DNA of 62,904 nucleotides from contig PIVL01000001.1 in NCBI GenBank assembly GCA_003354145.1, positions 1 to 62,904 on the forward strand, in the 5' to 3' direction. The DNA is from Paracoccaceae bacterium (GTDB lineage: Bacteria; Pseudomonadota; Alphaproteobacteria; Rhodobacterales; Rhodobacteraceae). The notes below the pieces were generated by a model, which was not told the DNA's origin, did not search any database, and was given only the letters and a program-made list of their open reading frames with translations. A program made the position numbers and the translations under genes. Positions 1 to 9,960 of this stretch are shown piece by piece (the first letter of the stretch is position 1; the number at the start of each line of letters is the position of its first letter).

Positions 1-165
1 ACACGGAAAGAAGAGCTGTTGGTGGATAAGGTGAATTTGCAGAAAACCTTTGTTCTGCGGCGCATTCTGAATCCGATGGGAACCACAGACGCCATCGAAT
101 TCCTTCGTTCGAAGCTGAAACAAACCAAATCCAACGATGATTTCTTTGATTCCATGAACGCCTGA
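1..165 (+). CDS. rho: transcription termination factor Rho, C-terminal fragment (5' end lies outside the window)
   Basis: Frame 1 from base 1 reads TRKEELLVDKVNLQKTFVLRRILNPMGTTDAIEFLRSKLKQTKSNDDFFDSMNA*, which matches the conserved Rho C-terminus. rho-mnmE adjacency is typical of alphaproteobacteria. Confidence 0.8.
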   Translation, partial: TRKEELLVDKVNLQKTFVLRRILNPMGTTDAIEFLRSKLKQTKSNDDFFDSMNA

Positions 166-184
166 TGGCTGATGGGAATTCAAA

Positions 185-1471
185 ATGGACACGATATTCG
201 CGCTAGCTAGCGCGCTTGGTAAAGCGGGCGTTGCCGTCATCCGTATTTCTGGGCCTTTGGCCGGGATTACCGCTGAGAAATTGGCTGGCAAAAGCCTGCC
301 TGATCGCGGCATGACATTGGCAATGCTGCGAGATTTGGACGGTTGTCGGCTTGATGAGGTTTTGGTGCTGTCTTTTGCTGCGCCACACAGCTTTACTGGA
401 GAACATGTTGTTGAATTTCAGGCACATGGTAGTATTGCTGTAGTATCGTCCATCCTTCAAACGCTGTCTCAAATGGACGGATTGCGTTTGGCAGAACCAG
501 GAGAATTCACTCGACGCGCACTTGAGAACGGAAAACTGGATTTAACCCAAGTCGAAGGCCTTGCTGATCTAATTGATGCCGAGACCGAAGCACAGAGGCG
601 TCAGGCCCAAAATGTGCTGGCCGGTGATCTTGGCCAATTGGTTGAACGCTGGCGGACTGATCTGATCCGGGCCGCGTCATTGATCGAAGCAACGATTGAT
701 TTTGCCGACGAAGACGTCCCAGTGGATGTAACCCCAGAAGTGAACACATTGCTTTCTGGTGTTCAGGCCGATCTGCAGCGCGAAACTGCTGGTGTTCAGA
801 TCGCCGAGCGTATTCGCGTCGGGTTTGAGGTCGCTATCATCGGCGCACCAAATGTCGGCAAATCCACTCTTTTAAATGCACTGGCGGGGCGGCAAGCTGC
901 GATTACGTCCGAGCATGCCGGAACAACACGGGACGTAATCGAGGTTCGTATGGACCTTGCTGGATTGCCAGTTACGCTGCTTGATACAGCCGGAATTCGG
1001 GATACTGTAGACGAGGTTGAAGGCCTGGGTGTTGCTTTGGCCCGACAGCGTGGGCAGGCGGCAGACATGCGCGTGTTTTTGGTTGAAAACAATGATTTAC
1101 CTCCACCATTGTACAGTCCTGGTGATTTGGTTGTTCTATCCAAAGCAGACACAAGGCCGGTTAATACGGGCGCTGTATCTGGATTGACCGGAGTAGGCGT
1201 TGATGAACTGATCGCGCAAATTACTGATGTGCTTAGAAATCGAACAGCAAGCGTCGGTTTGGCCACGAGGGAAAGACATCGCGCCGCCATGATGACTGCT
1301 CAGAGTGCGCTAACGGCTGCGACAGAGGTATTGTCACAGGGCCCCGATGCGTATGATATAGCTGCAGAAGAGCTCAACATTGGGATTCGTGCTTTGGAAT
1401 CCTTAGTTGGGCGTATAGATGTTGAAACTCTGCTAGACGAGATTTTCGCGAGTTTCTGTCTTGGAAAATAG
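185..1471 (+). CDS. mnmE: tRNA modification GTPase MnmE (TrmE)
   Basis: 428 aa ORF with G1 motif [15 protein letters not shown]3 motif DTAGIR and the C-terminal FCLGK (C-I/L-G-K) motif. It sits directly upstream of mnmG. Confidence 0.93.
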   Translation: MDTIFALASALGKAGVAVIRISGPLAGITAEKLAGKSLPDRGMTLAMLRDLDGCRLDEVLVLSFAAPHSFTGEHVVEFQAHGSIAVVSSILQTLSQMDGLRLAEPGEFTRRALENGKLDLTQVEGLADLIDAETEAQRRQAQNVLAGDLGQLVERWRTDLIRAASLIEATIDFADEDVPVDVTPEVNTLLSGVQADLQRETAGVQIAERIRVGFEVAIIGAPNVGKSTLLNALAGRQAAITSEHAGTTRDVIEVRMDLAGLPVTLLDTAGIRDTVDEVEGLGVALARQRGQAADMRVFLVENNDLPPPLYSPGDLVVLSKADTRPVNTGAVSGLTGVGVDELIAQITDVLRNRTASVGLATRERHRAAMMTAQSALTAATEVLSQGPDAYDIAAEELNIGIRALESLVGRIDVETLLDEIFASFCLGK

Positions 1472-1474
1472 GGA

Positions 1475-3352
1475 ATGTTTCACGTGAAACATTTAGATTT
1501 TGATGTAGTTGTGATCGGTGGAGGTCATGCAGGTGCGGAGGCAGCCCACGTGTCTGCACGTCTTGGTGCTTGTACGGCGTTGGTTACACTAAATCGTGAC
1601 GGTATCGGAGTAATGTCGTGTAATCCGGCGATTGGAGGGCTTGGTAAAGGCCATCTGGTCCGTGAAATTGACGCACTTGATGGAGTTATGGCTCGGGTCG
1701 CGGACAAAGCGGGTATACAATTTCGACTGCTCAATCGACGTAAGGGCCCAGCAGTTCAAGGCCCGCGTGCGCAGGCGGATCGTCAAATATACAGGGCAGC
1801 GATGCTTTGGGAGACCGAAAACCGCAAAAACCTGACCATTGTTGAAGGCGAAGCAGTTGATTTTCTGATGGCTGGGGACACCGTAAACGGCGTGGTGCTT
1901 GCCGACGGGTCGCAGTTACGGGCCGGCGCCGTGGTTCTAACCACCGGCACGTTCTTGCGCGGCGTTATTCACATAGGTGCCGAGTCTCGACCTGGTGGGC
2001 GTATGGGCGACAAGCCCTCTATCGAATTGGCTAACAAAATCGATTCATTTGGCTTGCCACTGGGACGTTTGAAAACTGGTACGCCGCCGCGGCTGGATGG
2101 TCGAACCATCAACTGGGACGGATTGCAGATGCAGGCAGGGGACGACGATCCGACCCTGTTTTCATTCTTGTCTAAAGCTGTGCAAGCCTCGCAAATCTCG
2201 TGCGGTATTACACATACAAACGAGAAAACTCATGAAATCATTGAAAAAAATCTGAAGTTATCGGCTATGTATGGCGGTCACATTGACGGAATTGGCCCCA
2301 GATATTGCCCGTCTATCGAAGACAAGATTGTTCGGTTTGCCGATAAAACCTCTCATCAGATATTTCTAGAACCCGAGGGGGCGAACGATCACACTGTCTA
2401 TCCGAATGGGATTTCGACTTCATTGCCTGTGGATGTACAAGAGAAGTATGTTCACACGATTGTCGGATTAGAAAATGCGACAATCATTCAACCCGGCTAT
2501 GCAATTGAATATGATTATGTTGATCCTCGTGCGTTGAATGCTCATCTCAGGTTAAGGGATGTACCCGGACTGTACCTTGCGGGCCAGATTAACGGAACCA
2601 CCGGATATGAAGAGGCAGCCGCGCAAGGATTGGCGGCTGGTTTGAACGCTGCACTGGCCGTGCAGGGCCGTGAGCCGATGACTTTCAGCCGCTCCAACAG
2701 CTATATTGGTGTTATGATAGACGATCTGATAACTCGTGGTGTGACTGAACCCTATAGAATGTTTACGTCGCGCGCAGAATTTAGGTTGTCTTTGCGTGCA
2801 GATAATGCCGATCAGCGGCTCACACCAATTGGGATTGACCTTGGCTGTGTCGAAGAAAGCCGTAGATCAGTTTTCTTAAAGAAAATTGAACGACTGGACA
2901 TTGTTCGGCATCGCTTATTGCAGGCTTCATACACCCCCAAGCAAATTGAACAGGCTGGAATTCGCATAAATCAGGATGGCAAGCGGCGTAACGGCATTGA
3001 TGTTCTCGCATTTCCCAAGGTGGACTTTGAAGATGTCGTAACGCTCGACCCATCATTGACATCAACAGATACGGAAACGCGCAGGCAAGTAGAACGAGAC
3101 GCGATGTATGCGAACTATATTGACCGTCAAAACAAGGACATAGAAGCTTTGCGGCGGGACGAGAAACACAAAATACCTGCGGAGTTTGATTTTGCACTTG
3201 TAGAAGGATTGTCGAATGAACTTAAGACGAAATTGATTAGCGCGTGCCCCGAGAACCTTGGTCAGGCGGCGCGGATCGATGGAATGACCCCCGCTGCGCT
3301 CGCTTTGTTGCTGGCGATCTTGCGGCGCGATAAACGGCAGTATTCTGCATGA
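1475..3352 (+). CDS. mnmG: tRNA uridine 5-carboxymethylaminomethyl modification enzyme MnmG (GidA)
   Basis: 625 aa ORF with FAD motif [13 protein letters not shown] and the conserved [16 protein letters not shown] block. Canonical mnmE-mnmG-rsmG order. An in-frame GTG at 1484 is an alternative start. Confidence 0.95.
   Translation: MFHVKHLDFDVVVIGGGHAGAEAAHVSARLGACTALVTLNRDGIGVMSCNPAIGGLGKGHLVREIDALDGVMARVADKAGIQFRLLNRRKGPAVQGPRAQADRQIYRAAMLWETENRKNLTIVEGEAVDFLMAGDTVNGVVLADGSQLRAGAVVLTTGTFLRGVIHIGAESRPGGRMGDKPSIELANKIDSFGLPLGRLKTGTPPRLDGRTINWDGLQMQAGDDDPTLFSFLSKAVQASQISCGITHTNEKTHEIIEKNLKLSAMYGGHIDGIGPRYCPSIEDKIVRFADKTSHQIFLEPEGANDHTVYPNGISTSLPVDVQEKYVHTIVGLENATIIQPGYAIEYDYVDPRALNAHLRLRDVPGLYLAGQINGTTGYEEAAAQGLAAGLNAALAVQGREPMTFSRSNSYIGVMIDDLITRGVTEPYRMFTSRAEFRLSLRADNADQRLTPIGIDLGCVEESRRSVFLKKIERLDIVRHRLLQASYTPKQIEQAGIRINQDGKRRNGIDVLAFPKVDFEDVVTLDPSLTSTDTETRRQVERDAMYANYIDRQNKDIEALRRDEKHKIPAEFDFALVEGLSNELKTKLISACPENLGQAARIDGMTPAALALLLAILRRDKRQYSA
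1476..1491. other. parS: parS centromere-like ParB binding site (perfect 16-bp palindrome TGTTTCACGTGAAACA)
   Basis: Exact match to the widely conserved chromosomal parS consensus. It overlaps the mnmG start codon (ATG at 1475-1477) and lies 2.5 kb upstream of parA. Confidence 0.85.
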
Positions 3353-3972
3353 TGGGTGTTGGCTCGGATGTTCTTTGTGGGCAAAATGTTTCACGTGAAA
3401 CATTTGAGCGGTTAGAGGTATTCGCCGCTCTTCTTGAAAAGTGGAATCAGTCAATCAATCTTGTTTCTCAAAGCAGCTTGAATGATCTATGGGCGCGCCA
3501 TATTGCTGATTCTGTGCAGATTTTTCGCCTTTCCGGCCCAATTCATACCTGGCTTGATATTGGTAGCGGTGGCGGGTTGCCGGGCGCGATCGTGGCTATA
3601 TTGGCAATGGATGAATGCCCGAGTGCAAAAATAACGCTTATTGAAAGCGATAAACGCAAATCCGTTTTTCTTCGTACCGTCGCCCGAGAAACCGGAGCTG
3701 TATTTAACGTTCTTACAGATCGGATCGAACAGGCAGAACCACAACATGCAGATGTCATATCAGCCCGTGCAGTGGCTAGTCTATCGACGTTACTGCAGTT
3801 TTCCGAACGTCATTTGAAGCCAGATGGCGTTGCTTTGTTTTCCAAAGGGGTTTCATGGAAAAAAGAGGTCGACGCAGCACGGCAAGAGTGGGATATGGGT
3901 ATTGAGACCGTCCCAAGCCTGACAGAACCCGGTGCTGTCATACTAAAAATCAAAGGAATATCGCGTGTCTGA
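3349..3972 (+). CDS. rsmG: 16S rRNA (guanine527-N7)-methyltransferase RsmG (GidB)
   Basis: 207 aa ORF with N-terminal VSRETFERL, the INLVS...W.RHI.DS block and SAM motif [10 protein letters not shown]. Its ATG overlaps the mnmG stop (ATGA). Confidence 0.93.
   Translation: MMGVGSDVLCGQNVSRETFERLEVFAALLEKWNQSINLVSQSSLNDLWARHIADSVQIFRLSGPIHTWLDIGSGGGLPGAIVAILAMDECPSAKITLIESDKRKSVFLRTVARETGAVFNVLTDRIEQAEPQHADVISARAVASLSTLLQFSERHLKPDGVALFSKGVSWKKEVDAARQEWDMGIETVPSLTEPGAVILKIKGISRV
3387..3402. other. parS: parS centromere-like ParB binding site (perfect 16-bp palindrome TGTTTCACGTGAAACA)
   Basis: Second exact copy of the parS consensus. It lies inside the rsmG 5' region, where it encodes V-S-R-E-T, 0.56 kb upstream of parA. 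Confidence 0.85.
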
Positions 3973-4774
3973 CTTATCACGCCCAAAGGGCCCGCGAATT
4001 ATAGCTATTGCGAACCAAAAAGGCGGCGTGGGTAAAACAACGACGTCAATAAACCTTGCGGCAGCTTTGGTTGAGTGTGGGCTGCGGGTTCTTCTGGTGG
4101 ATTTCGATCCTCAAGGTAATGCGTCGACAGGATTGGGTGTTGAGGCGACGCAGCGTGAAATGACGTCCTATGATTTGCTTGTGGACGATGCAGCGCTTGA
4201 AGATGTTATACAGGATACTGCGATTGAAGGGTTGGGAATTGTTCCAGCAACCGTCGATCTGAGCTCTGTTGATATAGATCTGATTTCAAACGAAAAACGC
4301 AGTTTCTTGTTGCACGATGCATTGCGGCAAACAGCAATGGATGCGTTTAGATGGGACTATATTTTGATCGACTGCCCGCCGTCGTTGAACTTGTTGACGG
4401 TGAATGCAATGATCGCGTCGCATTCGGTTCTGATACCGCTGCAAAGCGAGTTTTTTGCGCTAGAGGGGTTGTCGCAACTGATGATGTCGATTCGCGAGGT
4501 ACGTCAGATTGCGAACCCCAAATTGAGGATCGAAGGCGTGGTGCTGACGATGTTTGACAAACGTAATAACCTGTCTCAGCAGGTGGAAGCGGATGCCAGG
4601 AATAATCTTGGGGAATTGGTGTTCAAGACAGTGATCCCCAGAAACGTCCGAGTGAGCGAGGCTCCATCTTACGCGATGCCAGTTCTGACGTACGAACCAA
4701 AATCGCAGGGAGCCGAAGCATACCGGGCCTTGGCGCAAGAACTTATTCATAAAAACCAGACGACTACAGGCTAA
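3965..4774 (+). CDS. parA: chromosome partitioning ATPase ParA
   Basis: 269 aa ORF with deviant Walker A motif NQKGGVGKTTT. GTG start overlaps the rsmG end, and parB follows. Confidence 0.95.
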   Translation: MSDLSRPKGPRIIAIANQKGGVGKTTTSINLAAALVECGLRVLLVDFDPQGNASTGLGVEATQREMTSYDLLVDDAALEDVIQDTAIEGLGIVPATVDLSSVDIDLISNEKRSFLLHDALRQTAMDAFRWDYILIDCPPSLNLLTVNAMIASHSVLIPLQSEFFALEGLSQLMMSIREVRQIANPKLRIEGVVLTMFDKRNNLSQQVEADARNNLGELVFKTVIPRNVRVSEAPSYAMPVLTYEPKSQGAEAYRALAQELIHKNQTTTG

Positions 4775-4794
4775 AATCCACTCAGGAGGCGACG

Positions 4795-5676
4795 ATGACC
4801 AGCAAAGAAGCAAAACCCCGAGGATTGGGCCGAGGATTGTCCGCGTTGATGTCAGATGTGTCTGCTGATCCTGCAGTTTCAGCACAGGGCGCAGATATGA
4901 ACGTTCCGATCGAACGAGTGGTTGCAAACCCAAACCAGCCTCGACGCGATTTTGATCAGGAGGATTTGAATGATTTGACAGCGTCTATTCGCCGAAATGG
5001 AATACTTCAGCCGCTCATAGTGCGCAAGACTGGTGCCGCGCAATATGAAATTGTTGCGGGGGAACGACGGTGGCGCGCCGCTCAGTTGGCGCAATTGCAT
5101 GAGATTCCTGTTTTGGTTCGAGATTACGATGATACCGAAGTGTTGGAAGTTGCGATTATTGAGAATATTCAGCGGGCTGACCTGAATGCCGTAGAAGAGG
5201 CGGCAGGCTTTCGTCAGTTAATGGAAGGATTTGGCCATACTCAGGAGAAACTGGCCGAGGCTCTGGGTAAAAGCCGCAGTCACATCGCTAACTTGTTGCG
5301 ATTGTTGTCTTTACCGGACGAGGTTCAATATATGGTGCGCCGGGGGAAATTGTCTGCTGGCCATGCACGTGCGCTGATTCCCTATGACAATCCCTTGGCT
5401 TTGGCTAAGATTGTTGTGCGCGATGGATTGTCGGTTCGCGCGACCGAAGCGCTGGTAAAACGTAAGTTGCATGAGAATGAGAAGACGCCCAAGCCCGCCA
5501 AAGCCAAGGTTGAAAAGGACGCTGATACCAAGGCAATCGAAGGCGATTTGTCGGCGGGGCTTGGAATGAAAGTGTCGATAGCACATTCCGCAGGTACGGA
5601 AACCGGAAAGCTGACAATTACGTACAAGACGCTGGATGAACTGGATTCGCTTTGCGGGCTTCTTAGCCGGGGCTAA
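4795..5676 (+). CDS. parB: chromosome partitioning protein ParB (parS-binding CTPase)
   Basis: 293 aa ORF with NPNQPRR and the ParB-box GERRWRAA motif, plus an HTH region (QEKLAEALGKSRSHIAN). Confidence 0.95.
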   Translation: MTSKEAKPRGLGRGLSALMSDVSADPAVSAQGADMNVPIERVVANPNQPRRDFDQEDLNDLTASIRRNGILQPLIVRKTGAAQYEIVAGERRWRAAQLAQLHEIPVLVRDYDDTEVLEVAIIENIQRADLNAVEEAAGFRQLMEGFGHTQEKLAEALGKSRSHIANLLRLLSLPDEVQYMVRRGKLSAGHARALIPYDNPLALAKIVVRDGLSVRATEALVKRKLHENEKTPKPAKAKVEKDADTKAIEGDLSAGLGMKVSIAHSAGTETGKLTITYKTLDELDSLCGLLSRG

Positions 5677-6830
5677 CCTGTTAGAAATTCTGAAATGACG
5701 GCATTCAGGACCATAAAACCTTTTTTTGTAGCGGCGATGTTTTTCCCTGTGTCTTTAAGCATACCAAGATCTGACAGGTTTTGACGGGCCAAAGGGTCTA
5801 GCGGTTTGCCTGCAAGTGCCTCATATCGAGCAATATCCAGCCCATGACGCAAACGAAGGCCCATCATCAGATATTCTTCGGCTTGCTCTTGTGTTGTCAA
5901 AGGAGTGCGTTTGGTCTCTGCCGAACCATTGCGAACTTCTGCAAGCCAGGCACCCGGCGCCATTACACATTCAGTGGCGAAACGTTGGTGGTCGACCGAT
6001 AGACGGCCATGCGCTCCGGGACCGATCCCAACATAATCCCCATATTGCCAATAAATCAGGTTGTGGCGCGATTCCGATCCGGGTTTTGCGTGGTTCGATA
6101 CCTCATACATTGGCAATCCAAAACGGTCGCATACATCTTGCGTGACCTCGTACATATTGGCAGATAAATCATCACCGGGTAATCCTCGAAGCTTGCCGAT
6201 TGCGTAACGATTGCCAAATGCTGTGCCTGATTCAATGGTGAGTTGATACAAGGAAAGATGGTCAATCGCCATATTCAGGGCCTGTTTGAGCTCATCCTGC
6301 CAATCCAACAGAGTTTGATCCTGTCGCGCGTAAATCAGATCGAAACTGACCCGGTCAAAGCATTTACGAGCAACATCAAAGGCCACTGTTGCCTCATCAA
6401 CGGTATGGATTCTACCCAATCGACGAAGATCTGTGTCGTTCATGGCCTGAATGCCCATCGAGATACGATTCACTCCGGCATCATGATAGCCTGCAAATCG
6501 CCCAGCTTCGACTGAACCGGGATTTGCTTCGAGTGTAATTTCGATGTCATTGGCAAATGTCCAAGAGCCACGTGCGGCCTCGATAATAGCCGCGACAGTA
6601 TCCGGGTGCATCAGACTGGGGGTGCCGCCGCCAAAGAAGATCGAGTTCAGGACGCGGTCGGGCGTTTCAAGTGAAACACGGGAAAGTTCTCTCAGATATG
6701 CTGTAAGCCATTGTTTTTGATTGATATTTTGTGATACGTGGCTGTTAAAGTCGCAATACGGGCATTTTGCCTGACAGAACGGCCAATGGACATAAAGTCC
6801 AAAGCCGCCGTTGCGCCAATCCTCAGCCAA
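5673..6830 (-). CDS. hemW: radical SAM heme chaperone HemW (HemN-like, oxygen-independent coproporphyrinogen oxidase family)
   Basis: 385 aa ORF with radical-SAM cluster motif CQAKCPYCDF near the N-terminus and FFGGGTPS. Conserved hemW-rdgB-rph arrangement. Confidence 0.88.
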   Translation of the reverse strand: MAEDWRNGGFGLYVHWPFCQAKCPYCDFNSHVSQNINQKQWLTAYLRELSRVSLETPDRVLNSIFFGGGTPSLMHPDTVAAIIEAARGSWTFANDIEITLEANPGSVEAGRFAGYHDAGVNRISMGIQAMNDTDLRRLGRIHTVDEATVAFDVARKCFDRVSFDLIYARQDQTLLDWQDELKQALNMAIDHLSLYQLTIESGTAFGNRYAIGKLRGLPGDDLSANMYEVTQDVCDRFGLPMYEVSNHAKPGSESRHNLIYWQYGDYVGIGPGAHGRLSVDHQRFATECVMAPGAWLAEVRNGSAETKRTPLTTQEQAEEYLMMGLRLRHGLDIARYEALAGKPLDPLARQNLSDLGMLKDTGKNIAATKKGFMVLNAVISEFLTG

Positions 6831-7434
6831 AACAACCTGCGACTAACTTTTGTACCGCATCTGCGCGATGGCTTATTTTGTTTTTTTCCCAGCGATCCAT
6901 TTCGCCGAATGTAACATCATAGCCATCCGGCACAAAGATCGGATCATAGCCATGACCCAGATCGCCCCGCATTGGCCAAACAACACGACCAGGCATCACG
7001 CCGGGGAAAACTTCGTCATGACCGTCAGGCCAGGCGAGTACCAAAGTACAGCAAAAACGGGCTGTGCGGGGTTGCGGTGCATCAATTTTTTGCAGCTCAT
7101 TATGGGTGCGGGTCATCGCCATAACAAAATCGCGCCCATTCGGGGTTTCAGCCCAATCCGCGGTGTAAACACCGGGCGCTCCTCCTAGTGCGTCAATTTC
7201 GATACCGGAATCATCGGACAACGCCGGCAAGCCGGTAGCTTTCACAGCGGCATGGGCTTTGATACGGGCATTGCCAACAAAAGTGGTTTCGGTCTCGTTT
7301 GGCTCGGGCAGCCCCATTTCGGCAGCTCCCGTGACAATCACGCCAAAAGGCGCAAGCAGGGCGCGCATTTCGTCAAGCTTGCCCTGATTGTGTGTGGCGA
7401 TCAGCAGCCTTTCACCGGTGAATTTGCGAGTCAT
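6823..7434 (-). CDS. rdgB: non-canonical purine NTP pyrophosphatase RdgB (ITPase/XTPase)
   Basis: 203 aa ORF with [16 protein letters not shown] and GHGYDPIF motifs. It overlaps hemW by 8 nt. Confidence 0.92.
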   Translation of the reverse strand: MTRKFTGERLLIATHNQGKLDEMRALLAPFGVIVTGAAEMGLPEPNETETTFVGNARIKAHAAVKATGLPALSDDSGIEIDALGGAPGVYTADWAETPNGRDFVMAMTRTHNELQKIDAPQPRTARFCCTLVLAWPDGHDEVFPGVMPGRVVWPMRGDLGHGYDPIFVPDGYDVTFGEMDRWEKNKISHRADAVQKLVAGCFG

Positions 7435-8144
7435 GCGGTGGCGGCTATTTGGGCGGTAGCCAGTTCCCCAACGCCTTTCTCGGCAAGATCCATCAGGTCG
7501 TTCATTTGACCACGGGAAAAGACCGACCCTTCGGCGGACATCTGAACTTCGACCAATTTGCCAGATCCGGTCAGGATAAAGTTTCCGTCGACGCCAGCCT
7601 CGCTGTCTTCGGGATAATCCAGATCAAGCACTGGCTGACCAGCGTAAATCCCACAGGACACGGCGGCAATTGGATCGACCAGCGGATCGGTGACTATGTC
7701 GCCGGCTTTCATCAGCTTGTTCACTGCAAGACGCAGCGCGATCCAGCCTCCGGTGATCGATGCACAACGGGTGCCGCCATCAGCCTGCAATACGTCACAA
7801 TCAATTGTGATCTGGCGTTCGCCCAACGCGACACGATCTACGCCAGCACGCAGGGCCCGGCCAATCAGGCGCTGGATTTCAACGGTGCGGCCACCCTGTT
7901 TGCCAGACGCCGCTTCGCGTCGCACACGGGTATTGGTGGCACGGGGCAACATGCCATATTCGGCGGTAACCCAGCCAAGACCCGATCCTTTGATAAATGG
8001 TGGCACGCGGCTTTCGAGAGAAGCGGTGCACAGAACATGGGTGTCGCCCATTTTAATCAGGCACGACCCTTCGGCGTGTTTGGTAAATCCGGTTTCGATG
8101 GAAACGGGGCGCATTTGGTCTAATTCTCGTCCTGAAGGTCGCAT
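7431..8144 (-). CDS. rph: ribonuclease PH
   Basis: The ORF track gives 7431..8366. The RNase PH homology begins at [14 protein letters not shown] (ATG at 8144), preceded by AAGGAC, giving 237 aa. Contains the [10 protein letters not shown] motif. The upstream 74 codons look like a non-coding extension. Confidence 0.92.
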   Translation of the reverse strand: MRPSGRELDQMRPVSIETGFTKHAEGSCLIKMGDTHVLCTASLESRVPPFIKGSGLGWVTAEYGMLPRATNTRVRREAASGKQGGRTVEIQRLIGRALRAGVDRVALGERQITIDCDVLQADGGTRCASITGGWIALRLAVNKLMKAGDIVTDPLVDPIAAVSCGIYAGQPVLDLDYPEDSEAGVDGNFILTGSGKLVEVQMSAEGSVFSRGQMNDLMDLAEKGVGELATAQIAATA

Positions 8145-8233
8145 AACAATGTCCTTTGAATGGTTGCGGTGGGGATACCTTTCACATGGGTGGGGATGCA
8201 ACCCCGATTGACCTTTGGGACCTGTAGACTTTA

Positions 8234-9307
8234 ATGGCGTGTATGACTGACGCCAGAAAAATACTTGATGAAATGAATGACCGGTCGCGCGAAGTGTTTC
8301 GCCGCGTGGTGGAATCGTATCTTGATAATGGCGAGCCAGTGGGCAGCAGGACGTTAACCAGAACACTAAGTGAAAATGTCAGCGCGGCGACGGTGCGAAA
8401 TGTGATGCAGGATCTGGAGTATCTGGGCCTGCTGGGCAGTCCACATATTAGTGCCGGGCGGGTTCCGACGCAGGTCGGGTTGCGGATGTTTGTCGATGGC
8501 TTGCTTGAAGTGGGCGACCTTAATGCTGCGGATCGGGAAAAGATTGACGCAACATTAACCAACGACACGTCTGATGTGGGTGATATGTTGGATCGGGTAG
8601 GATCGGCTTTGTCGGGCGTGACGCGTAGTGCGTCATTGGTTTTGACACCAAAACACGAGGCCGAAATCAAACATATTGAGTTTGTTTCATTGGGGCAAAC
8701 GCGAGCCTTGGTGGTTTTGGTGTTCTCGGACGGCCATGTAGAGAATCGCCTGTTCACACCGCCGCCCGGACAAACGCCCAGCTCTATGCGCGAAGCGGCA
8801 AATTTCTTGAATGCTCTGATCGAGGGTCGGACACTAAGCGAAGTGCAAGGCGTAATTCAAACCGAAATAGCAGCACGACGGCAAGAGATTGATGGTCTTG
8901 CACGGGGCATGATCGAAAGCGGTATGGCCATCTGGGACAGCGACGATGAAGAATCGGCGCGTCTGATCGTTCGTGGCCGGGCGAATCTTCTGGGCGAAGG
9001 AGATCCGGACGAGGGGCTGGACCGTATCAGGCTGCTGTTTGATGACCTTGAACGCAAGCGCGATATAGCTGAATTTCTGGAACTGACCGAAGATGGCGAA
9101 GGCGTTCGCATTTTTATTGGCTCTGAGAACAAACTTTTTTCACTTTCGGGTTCCTCTTTGGTGGTTTCTCCCTATATGAACGCTGATCGCAAAATTATTG
9201 GCGCGGTAGGGGTCATTGGGCCCACTCGTTTGAATTACGGACGGATCGTGCCAATTGTTGACTATACGGCGCAGTTGGTGGGACGGCTGATTTCCGAACG
9301 AGGTTAG
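8234..9307 (+). CDS. hrcA: heat-inducible transcriptional repressor HrcA
   Basis: 357 aa ORF with an N-terminal winged-helix region and the [13 protein letters not shown] motif; followed by grpE. The start may be the ATG at 8243 rather than 8234. Confidence 0.92.
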   Translation: MACMTDARKILDEMNDRSREVFRRVVESYLDNGEPVGSRTLTRTLSENVSAATVRNVMQDLEYLGLLGSPHISAGRVPTQVGLRMFVDGLLEVGDLNAADREKIDATLTNDTSDVGDMLDRVGSALSGVTRSASLVLTPKHEAEIKHIEFVSLGQTRALVVLVFSDGHVENRLFTPPPGQTPSSMREAANFLNALIEGRTLSEVQGVIQTEIAARRQEIDGLARGMIESGMAIWDSDDEESARLIVRGRANLLGEGDPDEGLDRIRLLFDDLERKRDIAEFLELTEDGEGVRIFIGSENKLFSLSGSSLVVSPYMNADRKIIGAVGVIGPTRLNYGRIVPIVDYTAQLVGRLISERG

Positions 9308-9316
9308 AGGTATAAG

Positions 9317-9880
9317 ATGGCAGACCCGAAGAATGATAGTTTTCTGGATGACATAGATTCCGCTATGGCCGAAGAGCTGGCGGATGACATGCTAGAAATT
9401 GATGACGAAGCCCTGGAACTAGACGAGGTGCGCGCCGAACGCGACCAGTTCAGAGACCGGCTTATGCGGGCCTTGGCAGACGCCGAGAATTCACGCAAAC
9501 GATCCGAGAAAGATCGTCGCGAGGCCGAGCAATATGGCGGCTCAAAGATGGCGCGTGATATGCTGTCAGTTTATGACAATATGAAACGCGCGATCGAAGC
9601 AGCGTCTGCTGAACAACGGCAGGCATCTGCCGCGTTGTTTGATGGGATCGAACTGACAATGCGCGAATTGCTAAGCGTATTTCAGAAACACGGGATCGAA
9701 GTGATTGCGCCGCAGATTGGCGACAAGTTTGACCCGCAGGTGCATCAGGCAATGTTTGAGGCACCTGTGCCGGGGACAGTTTCTGGTGAGATTATTCAAG
9801 TCGCAGCCGAAGGCTTTTTCTTGCATAATCGTCTATTACGGCCAGCACAGGTTGGCGTATCTTCTACACCGGCTGGATAA
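9317..9880 (+). CDS. grpE: nucleotide exchange factor GrpE
   Basis: 187 aa ORF with an acidic N-terminus, a coiled-coil region (RALADAENSRKR) and a C-terminal beta domain. hrcA-grpE pairing. Confidence 0.92.
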   Translation: MADPKNDSFLDDIDSAMAEELADDMLEIDDEALELDEVRAERDQFRDRLMRALADAENSRKRSEKDRREAEQYGGSKMARDMLSVYDNMKRAIEAASAEQRQASAALFDGIELTMRELLSVFQKHGIEVIAPQIGDKFDPQVHQAMFEAPVPGTVSGEIIQVAAEGFFLHNRLLRPAQVGVSSTPAG

Positions 9881-9931
9881 GTTTCGCGGACAGGAGCCTC
9901 CGGCGGAAGTATTTTGGACGAGAAGAATATG

Positions 9932-9960
9932 AAGAGGCAGTCAGGATTTGGCTGCCTCTT
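9932..9960 (+). terminator. candidate intrinsic terminator for hrcA-grpE, overlapping the mutS 3' end
   Basis: AAGAGGCAG-N11-CTGCCTCTT (9-bp stem) followed by TTTTAGTTTG. It lies 52 nt after the grpE stop. Confidence 0.5.

Noticed and set aside
8145-8233. CIRCE operator upstream of hrcA-grpE.
   Set aside because: No TTAGCACTC-N9-GAGTGCTAA-like inverted repeat is present. In alphaproteobacteria CIRCE usually sits at groESL rather than at hrcA.
1-8300. Possibility that the replication origin (oriC) itself lies in the window next to parAB.
   Set aside because: I see no cluster of DnaA boxes (TGTGGATAA/TTATCCACA) and no long AT-rich non-coding region here. The only near-match (GGTGGATAA at about base 24) is single and lies inside rho. 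The origin is more likely outside the window.
8145-8366. N-terminal extensions in the ORF track for rph. The same issue affects argG (to 16800), the LDT (from 26967), pip (from 34102), rimP (from 36720), mutT (to 43066), dsbA (from 53343) and DUF2125 (to 61625).
   Set aside because: Family homology begins at an internal ATG/GTG preceded by a Shine-Dalgarno-like sequence. The extensions overlap neighbouring genes or promoter/leader elements and look non-protein-like.
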